From positions 124,001 through 188,000 of the forward strand of contig NW_026924059.1 of the NCBI RefSeq assembly GCF_032062105.1: DNA of 64,000 bases. Reading direction: 5' to 3'. Source of the DNA: Saccostrea cucullata (lineage: Eukaryota). Both the position numbers and the translations under genes were made by a program. This document shows, in pieces, positions 1-13,645 of the stretch. The notes below the pieces were generated by a model that did not search any database, was not told where the DNA came from, and was given only the letters and a program-made list of their open reading frames with translations. Every line of letters starts with the position of its first letter. Position 1 is the stretch's first letter.

Positions 1-1489
1 AGGAGATCCATGCTTACAACAATGCTACATGTAGTTACTGAAAGGAGTTATTTCTAGTTTTGCTGATCAAACGGATTTATATAATACGAATATAATATTT
101 CATCGCGAAAACAAATAAAAAAATATCAATATAAAATTTCTTCTATTTCTTTTTTAATTCTTTGCATGAGAGTGCCTTTACACCTTTAATACTTAGAAAC
201 TTGTACATCTAGTACAATTTACTTAAGTTTTCGTGAATGAGCAGGCATCTTCATTTACAACGAGAAAACTACGTCAAATGAAAATCTAATTACTAACATT
301 CTGACATGCTAACTTTTCTCAAAATTTACAAGAATGGGTGAGTTTTGTTGTGAATTGCTTCGTTATGCAGTCTTTGTTATTAACAGAATGTTAGAGAAAT
401 TGGCCTATTTGTGCCAGGTAAGTGTTCGATGTAAAGCATTGTTGTATCTTAGTGCGAATAGTGAACTTCAATTAACAGAAAATTATACGACAAAAGTCAA
501 ATTAGTTAACATTCTGTGAAACACACGCAGTCAAATTTTCGCCAAAATGGGCAAAGCCTTAAACTGTATTGAGTAAATAACACAACTGAATAAAAAAGAA
601 GAACTTCGATATCGAGACTACAAATTAAAGTAGATATTTTAATGAATTCATATACAGTTGGATACCATTATCTCGAACACTGATTTCTCAAATACCATGA
701 ATTATCGAAGCCAAATTTACGTCCATACAGCATGTATTCTTTCTTGGTATTAAGCTCGTTATCTTGCTTCAGCAGGTCCATATCGAGTTGCAGAACACGT
801 TAAGTTGTGACTATATTTATAAGATGAAACGTCATTTAATTTATCTTACAAGATGTCCTATTTACATAATATAAACCCACATGCACCAGGGGTTAAAAAA
901 AGATCAATCTCAAAATTGTTTCCATGCATTCAATCATTGAATCAGCTTTAAATTTTAAACATTGTAACTTTCACATAATAATAACAAAATTGTTAATAGC
1001 CTCAAAGACATTTACTAATTTGAATGAACTCAACCAATATATGATCTCTGTTGTATATGCCATAAAGATATTGTACTCAGCGGTACTCCAAGCCAGGAAA
1101 TCTCGTTAAATTATTAAAACAAACAAAGAAAATAAATATCGAGAGGAAAAGCATTTCAGAAATACGAATACATTATGATGAGAAAACTCGGGCGGTGGGT
1201 TATAAAATATTTTACATCACAGTTTTGTCGGATTTTACTATACATCTAGTATATTAGACAAAAGACATTTATGAAGGAATAAAAAGTATTTCTAACATGC
1301 ATTGGGTATATTAAAAAATCAGCTCTGCTTAGGCACTCGGATATATGACGTAAATGGAAACCAGAAGTCTCTGTCGAGACTGAAGCTCTACTGGTTCGTA
1401 CTTATAACAATGAAGACAAAAGTAGCAGTTGGGACTTATAACTTTACAACAGCAATAAATAGAATAATGATGCTTGATTGGGCTCTTTT

Positions 1490-2412
1490 TGTGGCAAGAT
1501 ACTGCAATAAGACTACAGCTGTAGGAGAAGCTATTAATAAACTTTTAGAGTATTTTCAATTTTAGTAACCATGGCAACATCATTCCTCGAAATCAAAAAT
1601 CGATATACAGAATTATGTATCTTAGTGTAGTCTACTCGTGTGCAAAGTTATATTGAAATCAGACCAAAACTGTAGGAGGTGTAGCATTTTAAAAGTATTT
1701 CACAGAAATTTCTATCTTTAGTAACAAATGCAACACCGTTCATCGAAATCTAAAATCGATATATAGAATTGGTATGTATCTTAGTGTAGTCTACTTATGT
1801 GCCAAGTTATATTGAAATCATACCAAAACTGTAGGAGGAATAGCATTTTGAAAGTATTTCAGAGAAATTTCTATTTTTAGTAACCTCGGCAACACGTTCA
1901 TCGAAATCAAAAATCGATAAACAGAATTATGTATCTTAGTGTAGTCTACTTGTGTGCTAAGTTATATTAAAATCAGACCAAAACTGTAGGAGGAGTAGCA
2001 TTTTGAAAGTATTTCACAGAAATTTCTATTTTTAGTAACCACGGCAACACTGTCCATCGAAATCAAAAATCGATATATAGAATTATGTATCTTAATGTAG
2101 TCTACTTGTGTGCCAAGGTATATTGAAATCAGACCAAAACTGTAGGAGGAGTAGCATATTGAAAGTATTTCACAGAAATTTCTATTTTTAGTAACCATGG
2201 CAACATCGTTCATTGAAATCAAGAATCGATACACAGATTTATGTATCTTAGTATAGTCTACTTGTGTGCCAAGTTATATTGAAATCAGACCAAAACTGTA
2301 GGAGGAGTAGCATTTTGAAAAATTGTTTATAGACAGACAGACAGACGGACGGACGCCGGACGCAATACTATCGCATAAGCTCTTTTGGTCTCTGACCAGT
2401 AGAGCTAAAAAG
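1490..2412 (+). mobile_element. Helentron-associated non-autonomous element (HINE-type) with a ~156-bp tandem array
   Basis: About five tandem units (GTAAC anchors at 1565, 1721, 1880, 2035, 2191), then (GACA/GACG)n at 2332-2362 and a 3' hairpin AGCTCT..TGGTC..GACCA..AGAGCT followed by an A-run. The 5' end was not located. Confidence 0.82.
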
Positions 2413-3034
2413 GGGCAAAGTGACATTTTTTTTTACCAAGGACAGGCTAATCACCGACAGAGGGTTGAATAACCTGACTGCTCCCTCTAAGCAAGATTTT
2501 ATAGATGGAAAACCAGTGCAGTGTTTGATTTTTGTGGTTGTTGACGCTGATTAGAATCGATACTGGTTAGATTCAAGACACAATGGGATCACACAGTAAC
2601 AGAAAATCTAGTCATGTATCATAATGCCCCAAACAGAGGATAATACTTTTTTAAACACATATTGAAAGATTTTCCCTTTCCTTATCAGCTAAAAAAGTAC
2701 TTGTTGAATTACAATTTTTTTTTTACATTTGTAAATTTATAAATTTGTACCTTTTTTGGCTGCCTGTATAGGTTACAGTTTTGCTTGGTGATATTTAAAG
2801 AGGTGCTCATTTCTTCAAAATATACAAAATACATGTTTGGTACTCATAAGTAAAATGTTAGATGAATGGTGATAGTATTTTATTTGACAATTCCTAATTA
2901 AATATTATCTCACTCCGTCTAAAGGCATACAATATACCGGTTATATAAGGAACTCGGTTCAATTTCAATGTGATGAAAATCAGTTAAAGTTAATTCATAT
3001 AGAATTAAGTAATGTTCATCTAGACCACATTTAA

Positions 3035-3352
3035 GGTCAGATGATACTTTCACCAAATATCTGTTTTGATTATCTTCATAATTTATGAAAAATATACAAA
3101 ATTTTAATTACTTTCTGATTTCTAAACTGGTTTCTAGTTGTTTTTAAAAATTCGAAACACTAAAAATTTGATTTTGGCTAACTTAGTTTTTTCCTAAAGG
3201 ATTATATAAGACATGCCATCCTCTGGTATCTCGCACAAATGCCTGGTAAGGTACTTCAATTTTTTTTGTGAGTGAACATGTTAAAGTAGTAATTCTTCAA
3301 TGACAAAATCTTGGAGAAAATTATATATTATAGAGGAACGTCTCGTCTGTCC
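3035..3352. mobile_element. Kolobok-like MITE
   Basis: TTAA on both flanks (3031-3034, 3353-3356) with imperfect TIRs GGTCAGATGATACTTT / AACGTCTCGTCTGTCC. Confidence 0.5.
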
Positions 3353-6300
3353 TTAAATCAAGTAGATCTAAGATAAATTCATATTGACGAGATGAAAAAT
3401 GCAAAAGAAATGAAATAAAAATAACAATAATGATTTTAAACTTTTAGAATATATAAAAAAAATCTATTATAAATATATCCTTAGTATACCTATCAGTGGC
3501 AGTTACTTAACTTACCTTGAGGTCCAGATCTAGCATATTATTTCCTATCTAGCTTGTAACACGAGCTTTGATTGGTTACAAAGCCGGGTGTAAATATCCG
3601 TGCACCCGACTTGAGCTGGGTGTAAATAAAACGTGACGTCACAATGCATACATTCTCTATGATAAAAACCAAATAACATGACGTCACGATGTATTGTAGT
3701 ACGTAGATATCTAATCGATAGATTGAGACACACTCTGATGTTTACAAAGCATTTTTATAGGTACAAAGGAAATAAATTCGTTATCCATGTTCAATTGTAT
3801 TCCATACACCCTTCGGCCTCAGGATGTATGGAATAAAAACCGCGGTGAATCCCCGTACACCCTTGATTAAACCTGGATAACTAATATTGCATAGAGAAGG
3901 GACGTCAGTTGATGCCTGCAATGAATCAAAAAGAGTAGGATAACAGTGTGTTTTATTTTAGGACGAGATCGGTTATATAACATAAACAAATATTTCGAAG
4001 ATATAGCGCAAGGTTCGAGAGAGCAGGAAATAGAAATCAGATTCATCTATACTGAAACACCAATATCTCGATTGCGAAGGGAACCAAGATTTAACTTTCA
4101 GAAATCCTTTAATTCAAGATACCCTGGTAAATAATGTAAAAAAAAAGTGGTTAATATTGCAAAACTATTTCGATATATCCATAGAATTCGAAATAATGGT
4201 GTTCAAGATAACCAAGTTTAACTGTACTTGTAACAAAGGAATAATACGGTATTATTTTGCATGAATATACAGATCTTAACAACCTTCAGGACTGATATGA
4301 ATATATTCTATCAGCAAGAAAACTTACAATGTTATGCATCATCCGATTATTTTGATCCACGCATGAGGTTATTGTCGCTGTTTTTTTTTTATATTCAAGC
4401 CTGTGATTCGATCAATTTTGAATAACAGCAAAAAGTAATTGAAGCTCTGATCATTGATCATTCATCTATGCATTATTTCTAAAACACTCTTCACATTGGA
4501 TGCTTGGTGCTCTCTGTTCGCAAAATTTAGATTCAATAAACTCCTTTTTACGTCATTCAAAGTCGGGCTCGTAAAATCGTTTTCTTTGAACGGGTGTGAA
4601 GGGTTATTCTTCTTGCCGGAAGCTAACTTCCGGAAGAAACATGCGCGTCGTGGGTTTCAAACTATTTTAATAATAAAAACCGGGACCCATAACGATTTAA
4701 ACACATTAGCAATCTTAGGAATATTAAATGAAATTGACACGAGAGATTTATTCCCCTCTTCCACTTGATAGCCATAATTGTTTAAACCAGGAAAAAAATT
4801 ATTAATTCAAATGCTAATATTGTATTTTAAAAGAAATCGGATATATTTAAAAAGAATATTTGATTAAAATAAGCATGCTTCTCAGTAAATTCTATAGCGT
4901 ATATTTGAAATGAATTTACGTTGAAATATTTGCTACACAAATAAGAAAAACCAAAATTTTATTTGGGACAAATTTTAAAGAAATGCTTGAATAACACAGT
5001 GCTATTGATTGATTGAAGGGGCTGGAAAATATTAATAATGCAAAATCAACAGAAAATTATTTCGAAAACATTAACAGATAATCCTGAAAATATGCTAGAA
5101 AAGGGAGTTCTCACTTGGGTCACTGCAAACAAAGCACCTGGGGAAATTCTAAGCCTATCCTGATATTTAACACCTAGTTAATTTAGAAGCGCGATAGGAT
5201 AGTCGAATACCATAAAGAAATTTGACGATGTTACACTTTGCTATGTAATATTTTTGAATTTTAATAGAAAGCTTTCACTGAATCTCTTAAATATGTGTAA
5301 ATGACGGAATTGCAACATTTGCAATAAAGTACATGAAATGTAAGACATTTGTTTTAAGGGTACATCACAGTTATTATATTTGCTACAGCGCCAAGCAGAA
5401 GTATAGAGGTTATTAAACTTTTTTGTCTCAAGGGGTTAAAAACACGGTGGTAAACCTTTTATTTAATCAATAGAGAATTCAGGTATAACACAAAGACACT
5501 GTTTGAATTGAATAATATATTTCCTGCAAAGACAGTTTATCATGTTCATGTACTTTTAATATTTCTATCCTCTTTGTAAATCCTTAACATTATATAATCG
5601 TTAAATTATATCAAATATGGGACAAACTTAAGGTACGACGAATCAAATGGACACCTCAGGGTCTTATTCACTCACTCTCCTCCGCTTACATAAAAAATAG
5701 TGCGTCAAAGAATGCGTTATGATTGGCGCGCTTGTATATTTCTCACAATAACTGGCTTCTTTTAGAAAGTTGCAATGTATTGCTTTTGATGAAAAATTAC
5801 AAGCACCACAATCAACGATAACCTTGGCTCTTTCGACAACGTTTTACAGATTTGCTACAGTTTAATTTTTCAAAATATATAATAGTAATCCCTTAACATT
5901 CAAATAATAAGAAAACAGATGTTTAGAATAGTGATAAATGTCTGAACGATCTCAAAACACCTTTGCATACATTTAATGTGCATTATTTTGTTATCTCATC
6001 TCATTTATTTTCATTGATGTATTTCATGCTATGTTTGACATTTATATTTCACTTTATTTTCATAGTATTTTAATGGAACAAGTGTATTTACCATATACCA
6101 TGTACATTTCGTCAAAAAGATATTATAGTTCTCACAAATTTTTCCCAATTGTAGTAAAACTCTTTAAAGAGTATATGTGAACTTCTATTATGGTACGGAA
6201 TTTATACAGGAAGTTTGTTTTTACCTTATTCTTTTACGTCGACAATATTATTATAATTATTAAGTTGTACATTTTAATTTGAACATTTTATTACATTTAA

Positions 6301-7684
6301 TTATAGCAAATAAGATGCATATAATTCTTTAAACATCTGGTCGGGAAAAATTCTCTTTTTGATTGAATTAACTTAGGAAATTCATGTTTTGTAACAAAGA
6401 AAAACTACTGAAAGTAAGGTCAACTGAGTGTATTTTCAAAGCATGCTCTTTAGTCATATCAGAATCCTTTGAAATCCTCTAATTTAAGCCTGGATTTCAA
6501 TGTCTTGTAGACCGTAAAGTGAATAAATATTTTTACAACTTCTCTAAACACCAGAAGTCTTGTGTTGAAGATTGTTTGATCAGTTGGAAAGATCACACGT
6601 TTTCTTTCCCATTTTCACTAAACGTGCAGCGGTGTTTACATCTAGATTTCTGCTTTTTGCTGCATTTTAAAACCAAGGGTTTTAAATGTACACAATCCTT
6701 TCAGAATTCACCTTTTTTCTTTCTGTTTTTTGACGTATATAACTGTAAGACATTTTTTTTTCTAGACGCACAAAAATAAATGACACCTTTTAATTCTTAA
6801 AAGCAGTATAATTTTTGGTTTGTTTCATTGTGCACTGTTGAATGTATATTCATTTTTTCAAGAAATGTTATAAATGTGAAATTTAATGTTATTTTTGGTT
6901 TTCAAACATAATCTATTTCACAGAAGTGCCTTGTGATGCATTATTCCCATTTCTCTTTTCGTACTGCACTTAGCCGCATTTTATGATGAATGACCCGAAA
7001 AAATTAAATATTCATAAAAGAAATTAGGAGAGTGTATGTTTGCATTATTTCTTGCAATTCCTTTGAGATTTTAATAGCTTTCGAATGAAATACAGCACAA
7101 TGCACTTAGACATATATTGTATTATTTACTTAATCTTGTATGACACCGTTCGATGTGCAATCATATGTGCAATTCATAGCGTTTTTTATGCAATAAAGCG
7201 CCCGAAAGAAAAAGGATGAATTTTTATGTTTTAATAAGAAGATGATATTTTAACATTTTGTTTGAATTATCATTACGTGGGAGGTTTATAGCCCAGCAAG
7301 AGTGTTGATATATCTGTCTAATCAAAAGATGATCTTCTTGAAGGTGATGTTTCTACATTGAATCAACTGCTACAATCTGATTAATTACATATGTAACTCG
7401 TGCAGTTACTTTGATTTTACTTTGAAGTTATCAATGAGGATCCAGATTTGAAAAAAGAGATAGAGATGTAAATTGGATAAAAGTGAAACGAAGCCCTCAT
7501 CCCTATATTTCAATAACGGGGCATGCAAAAAGGATGAATAATTGAATAGTATTTACCGTTGAATATGCCTGAAAAAGAAAGCTTCGTGTATAGCTTTCGA
7601 AATTTCTTGAAACAGCATAAAACATTTATTGGCACATGTACGTGTACATTATGTTGGCACATTGGTTGAACATTTCAATCTTAC

Positions 7685-8110
7685 GGTGGCATATAGTATA
7701 TCTGCCTCCACTTGTTAGATGTTTATTTCATCTTGTAGGATACATATGTCGACTTGTCAGGTGATAGTCCTAATGACTAAGAAATCGGTATCTTGATATT
7801 AAATCTTGTTTATGCCACTAACTCACAAATACTTGACATAATTATATCTGACAAAGCTACTTTTCGGATAATTATATAAACTTGCTTATGATTTGTCATC
7901 TGTTCAGATGAAAATGTTGACTTGTCGTGTGGAGCCAACTTGAAAGATATAATATTGTCAAATAGATAGATGTCAGTAAGTTTTATCAATAAGTTTTAAT
8001 ATCAAGATCTGAGTTCCTGGTCAAAAACATTATTATCTGAAAAGTCGACATAAAGACTTTACAAGTCCAAATAATTATCTGACAAGTGGAGGCAGAAATA
8101 TACAACCATG
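7685..8110. mobile_element. MITE with internal short repeats
   Basis: TIR core TCTGCCTCCACTTGT (7701-7715) / ACAAGTGGAGGCAGA (8082-8097). Inverted internal GTCGACTTGTCAG-type units. Confidence 0.7.
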
Positions 8111-10899
8111 CGTTCTAGAGTCCTAAACAAGTAGTCTCTCCCTACGCCACGGTTCCAATCTCACTACAGGGTGTGGAAACCAGTCCTTTAGATTAAATAA
8201 AGAAACCCGAGGGCAAGAAGAGGAGTAGATGCTGGCAGAGCAAAGCACATGTAAAAGAAATGCAGCTTTAAACCGGGAATTAACTACGACGTGCAAACAT
8301 GAGAGTGAAAATGGGACACGAGGCGAAGAAACAGAAAACCGTACATGTGATTGAGAAATTACAGTGCGTCTCGAGAATATAAAAATATTATAATCAATTA
8401 GATAAATAGATATTAAATAAATTCAAATAAGTAAATACCTATGCTTATAAAATAAAAGATTCCAGAAAAAAGGTAAACATAAAAATAATTACAAGAAACA
8501 AACACAAAACAAATAAGTACAAAAACAAAGAATTACCTGAATTAAGTAACAGTCAAAATTACCCCTCTGTTCGTGTAGACGCACTGAATGTTTGCAAGGT
8601 ATATCAATTATGTATAAAACAATATACTGAGGGAAAATCAATACTTGTGTATACTTGTATGCTGATTTCTAAGTACATCGCAACCGCCTCGCTAATCAAC
8701 AGTCGAAAAAAGACCAAAACAATTTTATTTATATCATTAGAAAGAGAAAAAGGTGATAAATGCGTTAAAGAACACCTGTTAAAGAACCTTTCGTGGCACG
8801 CGAGAAGGTAACAAATTAACCAGATACTCCATATTCTATAAAAACCTCTGAAGCATTGAAGAAAGAAAATTCGCAAAAATAAGCGGTACTATAAAATCTA
8901 TGGGTAAATGATAGAAATAACTTGTGAGTGGACCAAAGAATTGGCACTGATTTTCGTTGATCAGCGATGGAGAATTATTAGCTTACGGTGCCTAGAGTGG
9001 AGCTGCCTTGATTACGTTCCTTGTGCATCATTTGCATAGCAAATTAACAATGTGTAACCTAGAGAATGATTTTAATGGTTTCCGTTGCTGTCTCCTTAAT
9101 ATTGCTCCTCTAACAGCAAATATACTAACGATAGATATTACTATAGGGAGGATTATCGAAATTTGGCGTAAAGAATAAATAGTTGAAGAAAAGCTTCGTC
9201 CGAAGCCTAAGGATTGTCCTCATGTGAACTCAATATCCCCAAATCCGAGGAAGTCTGGCTAATTATTGCCAGGGTATTGGCATGGAAAGTTATTGATCCC
9301 CCACTTCTATTTATTGGTTGTCTTTGGACAATTTTTGCAATAAATGACTACGAGACTCACCTAATTCAACAGCTTAGGCCGAGCGTTAAAACTTATTATG
9401 CCAGAATATTTAAGGGGAAAGACTGGTAATGAACTATCCTTTACGTAGGAATCCAATAGTTATAATGCCAGATAAACGGGTTGTTTAGTGAGATATTCGA
9501 GCCTATTTTAATCTTTACCCCCCTCTCTTTTTAATCGTTTTTGGGGCAGGTTTAAATGAAGAAATTATAAAAATTTCTTCAATGATAAAATGGCTTTGGG
9601 GGATTTAAAACAAGAAAAAGGAAGAATTTCTTTAATGATAAGTTTGCTTGAGAATAACACGTTACAAAGTACAGTGACAAATATTTGGATGCAAAGTATT
9701 TGTGTTGCCACAAAAGCAACATAATAAAGGTATGGAAGAAAGAATACAGATGTAATAATTTTACAAGTACATCGACCGATGAAAAGCAATCTTCAAACAT
9801 ACACTGAAGTGCAAGGTATATGTATATTTCAAAGCCAAACACAGTCAAAACTCGTATAAACACATCGTGCAGAAAATCTTGAAAAGTTTATCAAAACTGC
9901 ACCTTGATGAACGTCAGAGACACGTGACTAAATGTGGGGCAAGGTTTAATAATTGAAAATTTCCAGAATTTATTTTTGTAAGATGCTGAAGATTGGTTTG
10001 ACATTTGAAGAAGATCGCTGCTTTCTAGGAGCTCTTAATTGTGTTCTCCCTATCTGTTTATCATTTAAAAAGACATTCGTGTAACCTCGGTCCCAGTTTC
10101 CTAAGCTTCGGTTTGGTTTTAAGGAAATCACGAATTTCAGGTGCAGTGCCGCATCATTCGGAGCCACAACGCATGGTGAGTCAGTCCTGATGATTTCCCA
10201 GCAGATCAGTTTACGAAGATCTCTGTCATGATTCTTAGAATATGATGCTCCAAGTTGACACATTTTATGACAAGATCTTAGATCAATTACATTTAATTTT
10301 TAAGTAAATATATAATGGCGGAGGAAGAGGGTCAGTAATAATAATAATAATAATAAACATGCTTTCATTACTTTACTATGCTGTCATTTTGGCATATACG
10401 AGTACCATCTCATAAAATGCTGTTCAAATGAGCTCTAGATTGTTTTAAAAAACGTTTGCGATTGGCCGTTTTTCAACCCTTTGCATTGCGTTTTTACAAT
10501 ACACGTGTAAAAATAAATAAAAAGTGTCACTAGCTCAGTATCGCTCTCTAACACTTGCCACCTTTCGCTGAACTTTCTGCATTAAATTCAGTGGGTGTTC
10601 TCTATAAAACTATTAATCCTTTTATCTTTCCTTTTTTCTTAATACTATACAACACATTTAATTGGCGAAAGAAGCGACTTTGCTGAGTCATATTTAGAAC
10701 TGAATTATGTTAGATAACTGATGTGAGAAATGAAAGTTAAAAAATCACACTTTCGATATTTTCGATCTAAGCAGCTTTTAACGGAAAATCCTATTTAGTG
10801 CATAATAACTATCAGCTAGTTACAATTTGTAAATTTCTTATCGATGAAACCGGAAAGGACCAGTTTTTTTCTTCGGTAATTTGTCCGTCTTGGAGTACA

Positions 10900-11238
10900 A
10901 AATTTTAGTCGGTAGAACGCTCGCTTCATGATACAGCAAGGTCGAGGGTTCGAACCCCTGACATAAGTCTTTCAAAAATAGATAGCAACTCTTCCTTCTT
11001 CAAACGCGCGACATTTTGTAGAGAAATTCGCAGGTACTTAAAATAAAACAATAAAAACCGAGGTCCAGTGTTACGACAGGCGTTGGAACGATGATCCCCT
11101 ACCGCTCAACGGCCCGAGTTAAGGTATAAATTTGAAGCCCTTTACCAGGGTATGTTGACGCCTCTATCTCAATGAACAATTCTCGAAAAGGGGGTAAAAG
11201 ACTAACAATCAACCAAGTAATAAATCAATCAATCAATC
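10900..11238 (+). mobile_element. tRNA-derived Meta-type SINE
   Basis: A-box remnant, B-box GGTTCGAACCC, AAAACCGAGGTCC core and (AATC)n tail. Confidence 0.75.
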
Positions 11239-12619
11239 GGTGATTATATTTGACTATCTATCTGTTTGTCTAAATTAGCTAAATTTTGATTTAGATGGTT
11301 AAATTTCAAACATAAAAAGTAGTTAGAAGCGGGCAGAAATGCTTGAATAACCAAACCTAGAATGGCTACTTGATAAGCTCTCCCTCTGTCTGCCAATCCA
11401 TTCGTTTGATTTGATTTCTATATTTGGTTGCTAATATTGAGTTTATTGTACCTTGATTAATTACAGACGAAGTTTGCATTTCTCCCACTAGGATGATATT
11501 TGACGAAATTATGGCCTTTGGCCTTCTAAGAAGACGACTTTAATGCCAAGTAAGTACAATTTATTATGCAATACTCTGAGAATAAGCTTAGTCAATTTAA
11601 GTTGAACAGTTGTGTATTGAAATTGAAGATAAATACATAACAGAAGAAGTATTATTCATTTAAATTGACTAAATCTCAGTGATGTCCCGTTTGCAATGAT
11701 TCCGAGTGCAAGGTTATTGTCTTCTTGATCCTTTAGGAATTTGCAATCATTACAGACCTACTTAGTAGATAAATTACAAGGAAAAATGATACAAATTTCT
11801 ATCATTGCTAATCTAAATTTGAAATAATTAGTAATTAAAAAAAGAGAATTTGGAAACCATTATAACATTTTCATCTTTTCAAGGCAGTAGCAATCGTGAT
11901 TTGGGGCAACCTTTTGAAAACTTATATTTAGAGGTGTTTGCAAGTTTTAAATGTATACATACGTTAATCTTTAATCTGCTGTCAAAGAAAATTGATTTAT
12001 GATTATTTCTTTCCATCATTTCCTTTCGCATTACTCCTTGTTTATATATGATTTTTATCTCCAATACAAAAACATCACAAATAATTCCAGTTGTGGCCCC
12101 TTGCAGCTGTCGTTTCTAAAACAAGATTTAATGCCGATAAACAAAATCTATTAATGTTTCTTCCTTTGAGGAAGACCGTATCGCAATGTTTTATGTAAAT
12201 TATAACAATTATCAATTCAAATTTATTGCAGTTCATTCGATTTTTCAGCGCTTGGGCGTACATTATTACATTTTGCTATTAAACTGTTTGAGCGAACTCT
12301 AATGTTAACGGGAGCTTGCAAGGTCGAAACAACAGGATAAACGGGTCATCAATTGCAATTTTTATTTACTTACAGAACAAAATATGCAATAAATACAAAG
12401 AAAAATCTCTAGACCTTGAAATACTTTTTGTGTAGGTTTATGTATATACAGAGTTAAAAATGATCTACATAGGATGCATTGCATAAATGAGAGGTACGTA
12501 TCCAGTTGTGTCGAATTTAAGACGGTTAAGATTATTGCAAGCCGTGACACTCGGTTTACAAGAAGGAATGTAGAATATTAACAGTGCCTAAGTATGATTG
12601 CAATTACATGTATATAATA

Positions 12620-13645
12620 CGAGGGCCGTTCAAAAATTACGCGGACTTGTTGCACAGAAGAAATATTTGACGACATAATCGGGCAAAATTTCACAAATAA
12701 TATAAAAGAGTCTTTACTTATATGGTCTTCAAAATTTCATATCAAAATGTTGTAAATTGGTATTAATTTTGAGTGATTTTTCATGACATACCATTAAGTC
12801 AGGGCGCAGTAAAATCTTCGACGTCACAAGCATTATAAAAAATATGTGATTGAGCAACATTTTCCCTTGAGTACCTGTATAGTTTGTTACCTTATATACA
12901 TCAAAACACTATTTCTTGTCAAGCTTAAAATCTATTAAACAAGTAAAGAATATTCTTTTTTTTTGTTTTAAAACCAAAAACTACTAATGAGATATAGTGT
13001 GATATTGGTACTCTCAATCACGTTCTTTACAGTCTGGATAAAGATTTTGTCGATAATCTTCTTCTCGTCCTCCCGTTCAGCCTTTTTACATAGGTCTTAC
13101 GGTCTAAAATTTCAATTTGCTATTTGTTGACGAATGTCATGAGTAGCCTAGTTTACTACATGTTTTATTATGCATATTTTGGATCTATGTTGCATATATC
13201 TCAAGCATTACACATATTTTAACAAAAAAGTGGTGCGCCGTCAATTCAGGAGACGTCATTTTCACAGTCGTTTTCACGGGAATCGCATCAGAGAAAAATC
13301 ACTATATTTCTATTAGTACTTCAAATATTACGTCCGAAATCTAAATACATAATAATAGAACAATTTAAAGGTACATTTGAGAAAATTGTTGAAAAATATC
13401 GCGAATTTTAGAAAATCAATGAGTTAAATTTTTGAATCCGCATGCTTTTGCTTCAATTTTTTTGTCCTGCGCCGTACCTCTCCATCAACGATATCAACAT
13501 ACCGATAAAAGAATTTTTTTTACAGAAATTTTGCCCAAAATTTATTGGAATCTTTAAGATACATATTTCTGTGAAATTTCATAACTATATGACGTCTGTA
13601 AGAGTAAATAATAGCACAGTCCGCGTAATTTTTGAACGGCCCTCG
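12620..13645. mobile_element. Non-autonomous Tc1/mariner DNA transposon (1026 bp)
   Basis: Perfect 28-bp TIRs CGAGGGCCGTTCAAAAATTACGCGGACT / AGTCCGCGTAATTTTTGAACGGCCCTCG, flanked by TA on both sides. Confidence 0.9.

Noticed and set aside
1490-2320. Regular direct repeats resembling a CRISPR array
   Set aside because: Whole ~156-bp units repeat with no unique spacers. The context is a eukaryotic HINE satellite array with no cas genes.
9970-10263. 97-aa ATG-initiated minus-strand ORF in a higher-complexity patch
   Set aside because: No recognisable motif, splice context or homology by eye. It cannot be supported without a search.
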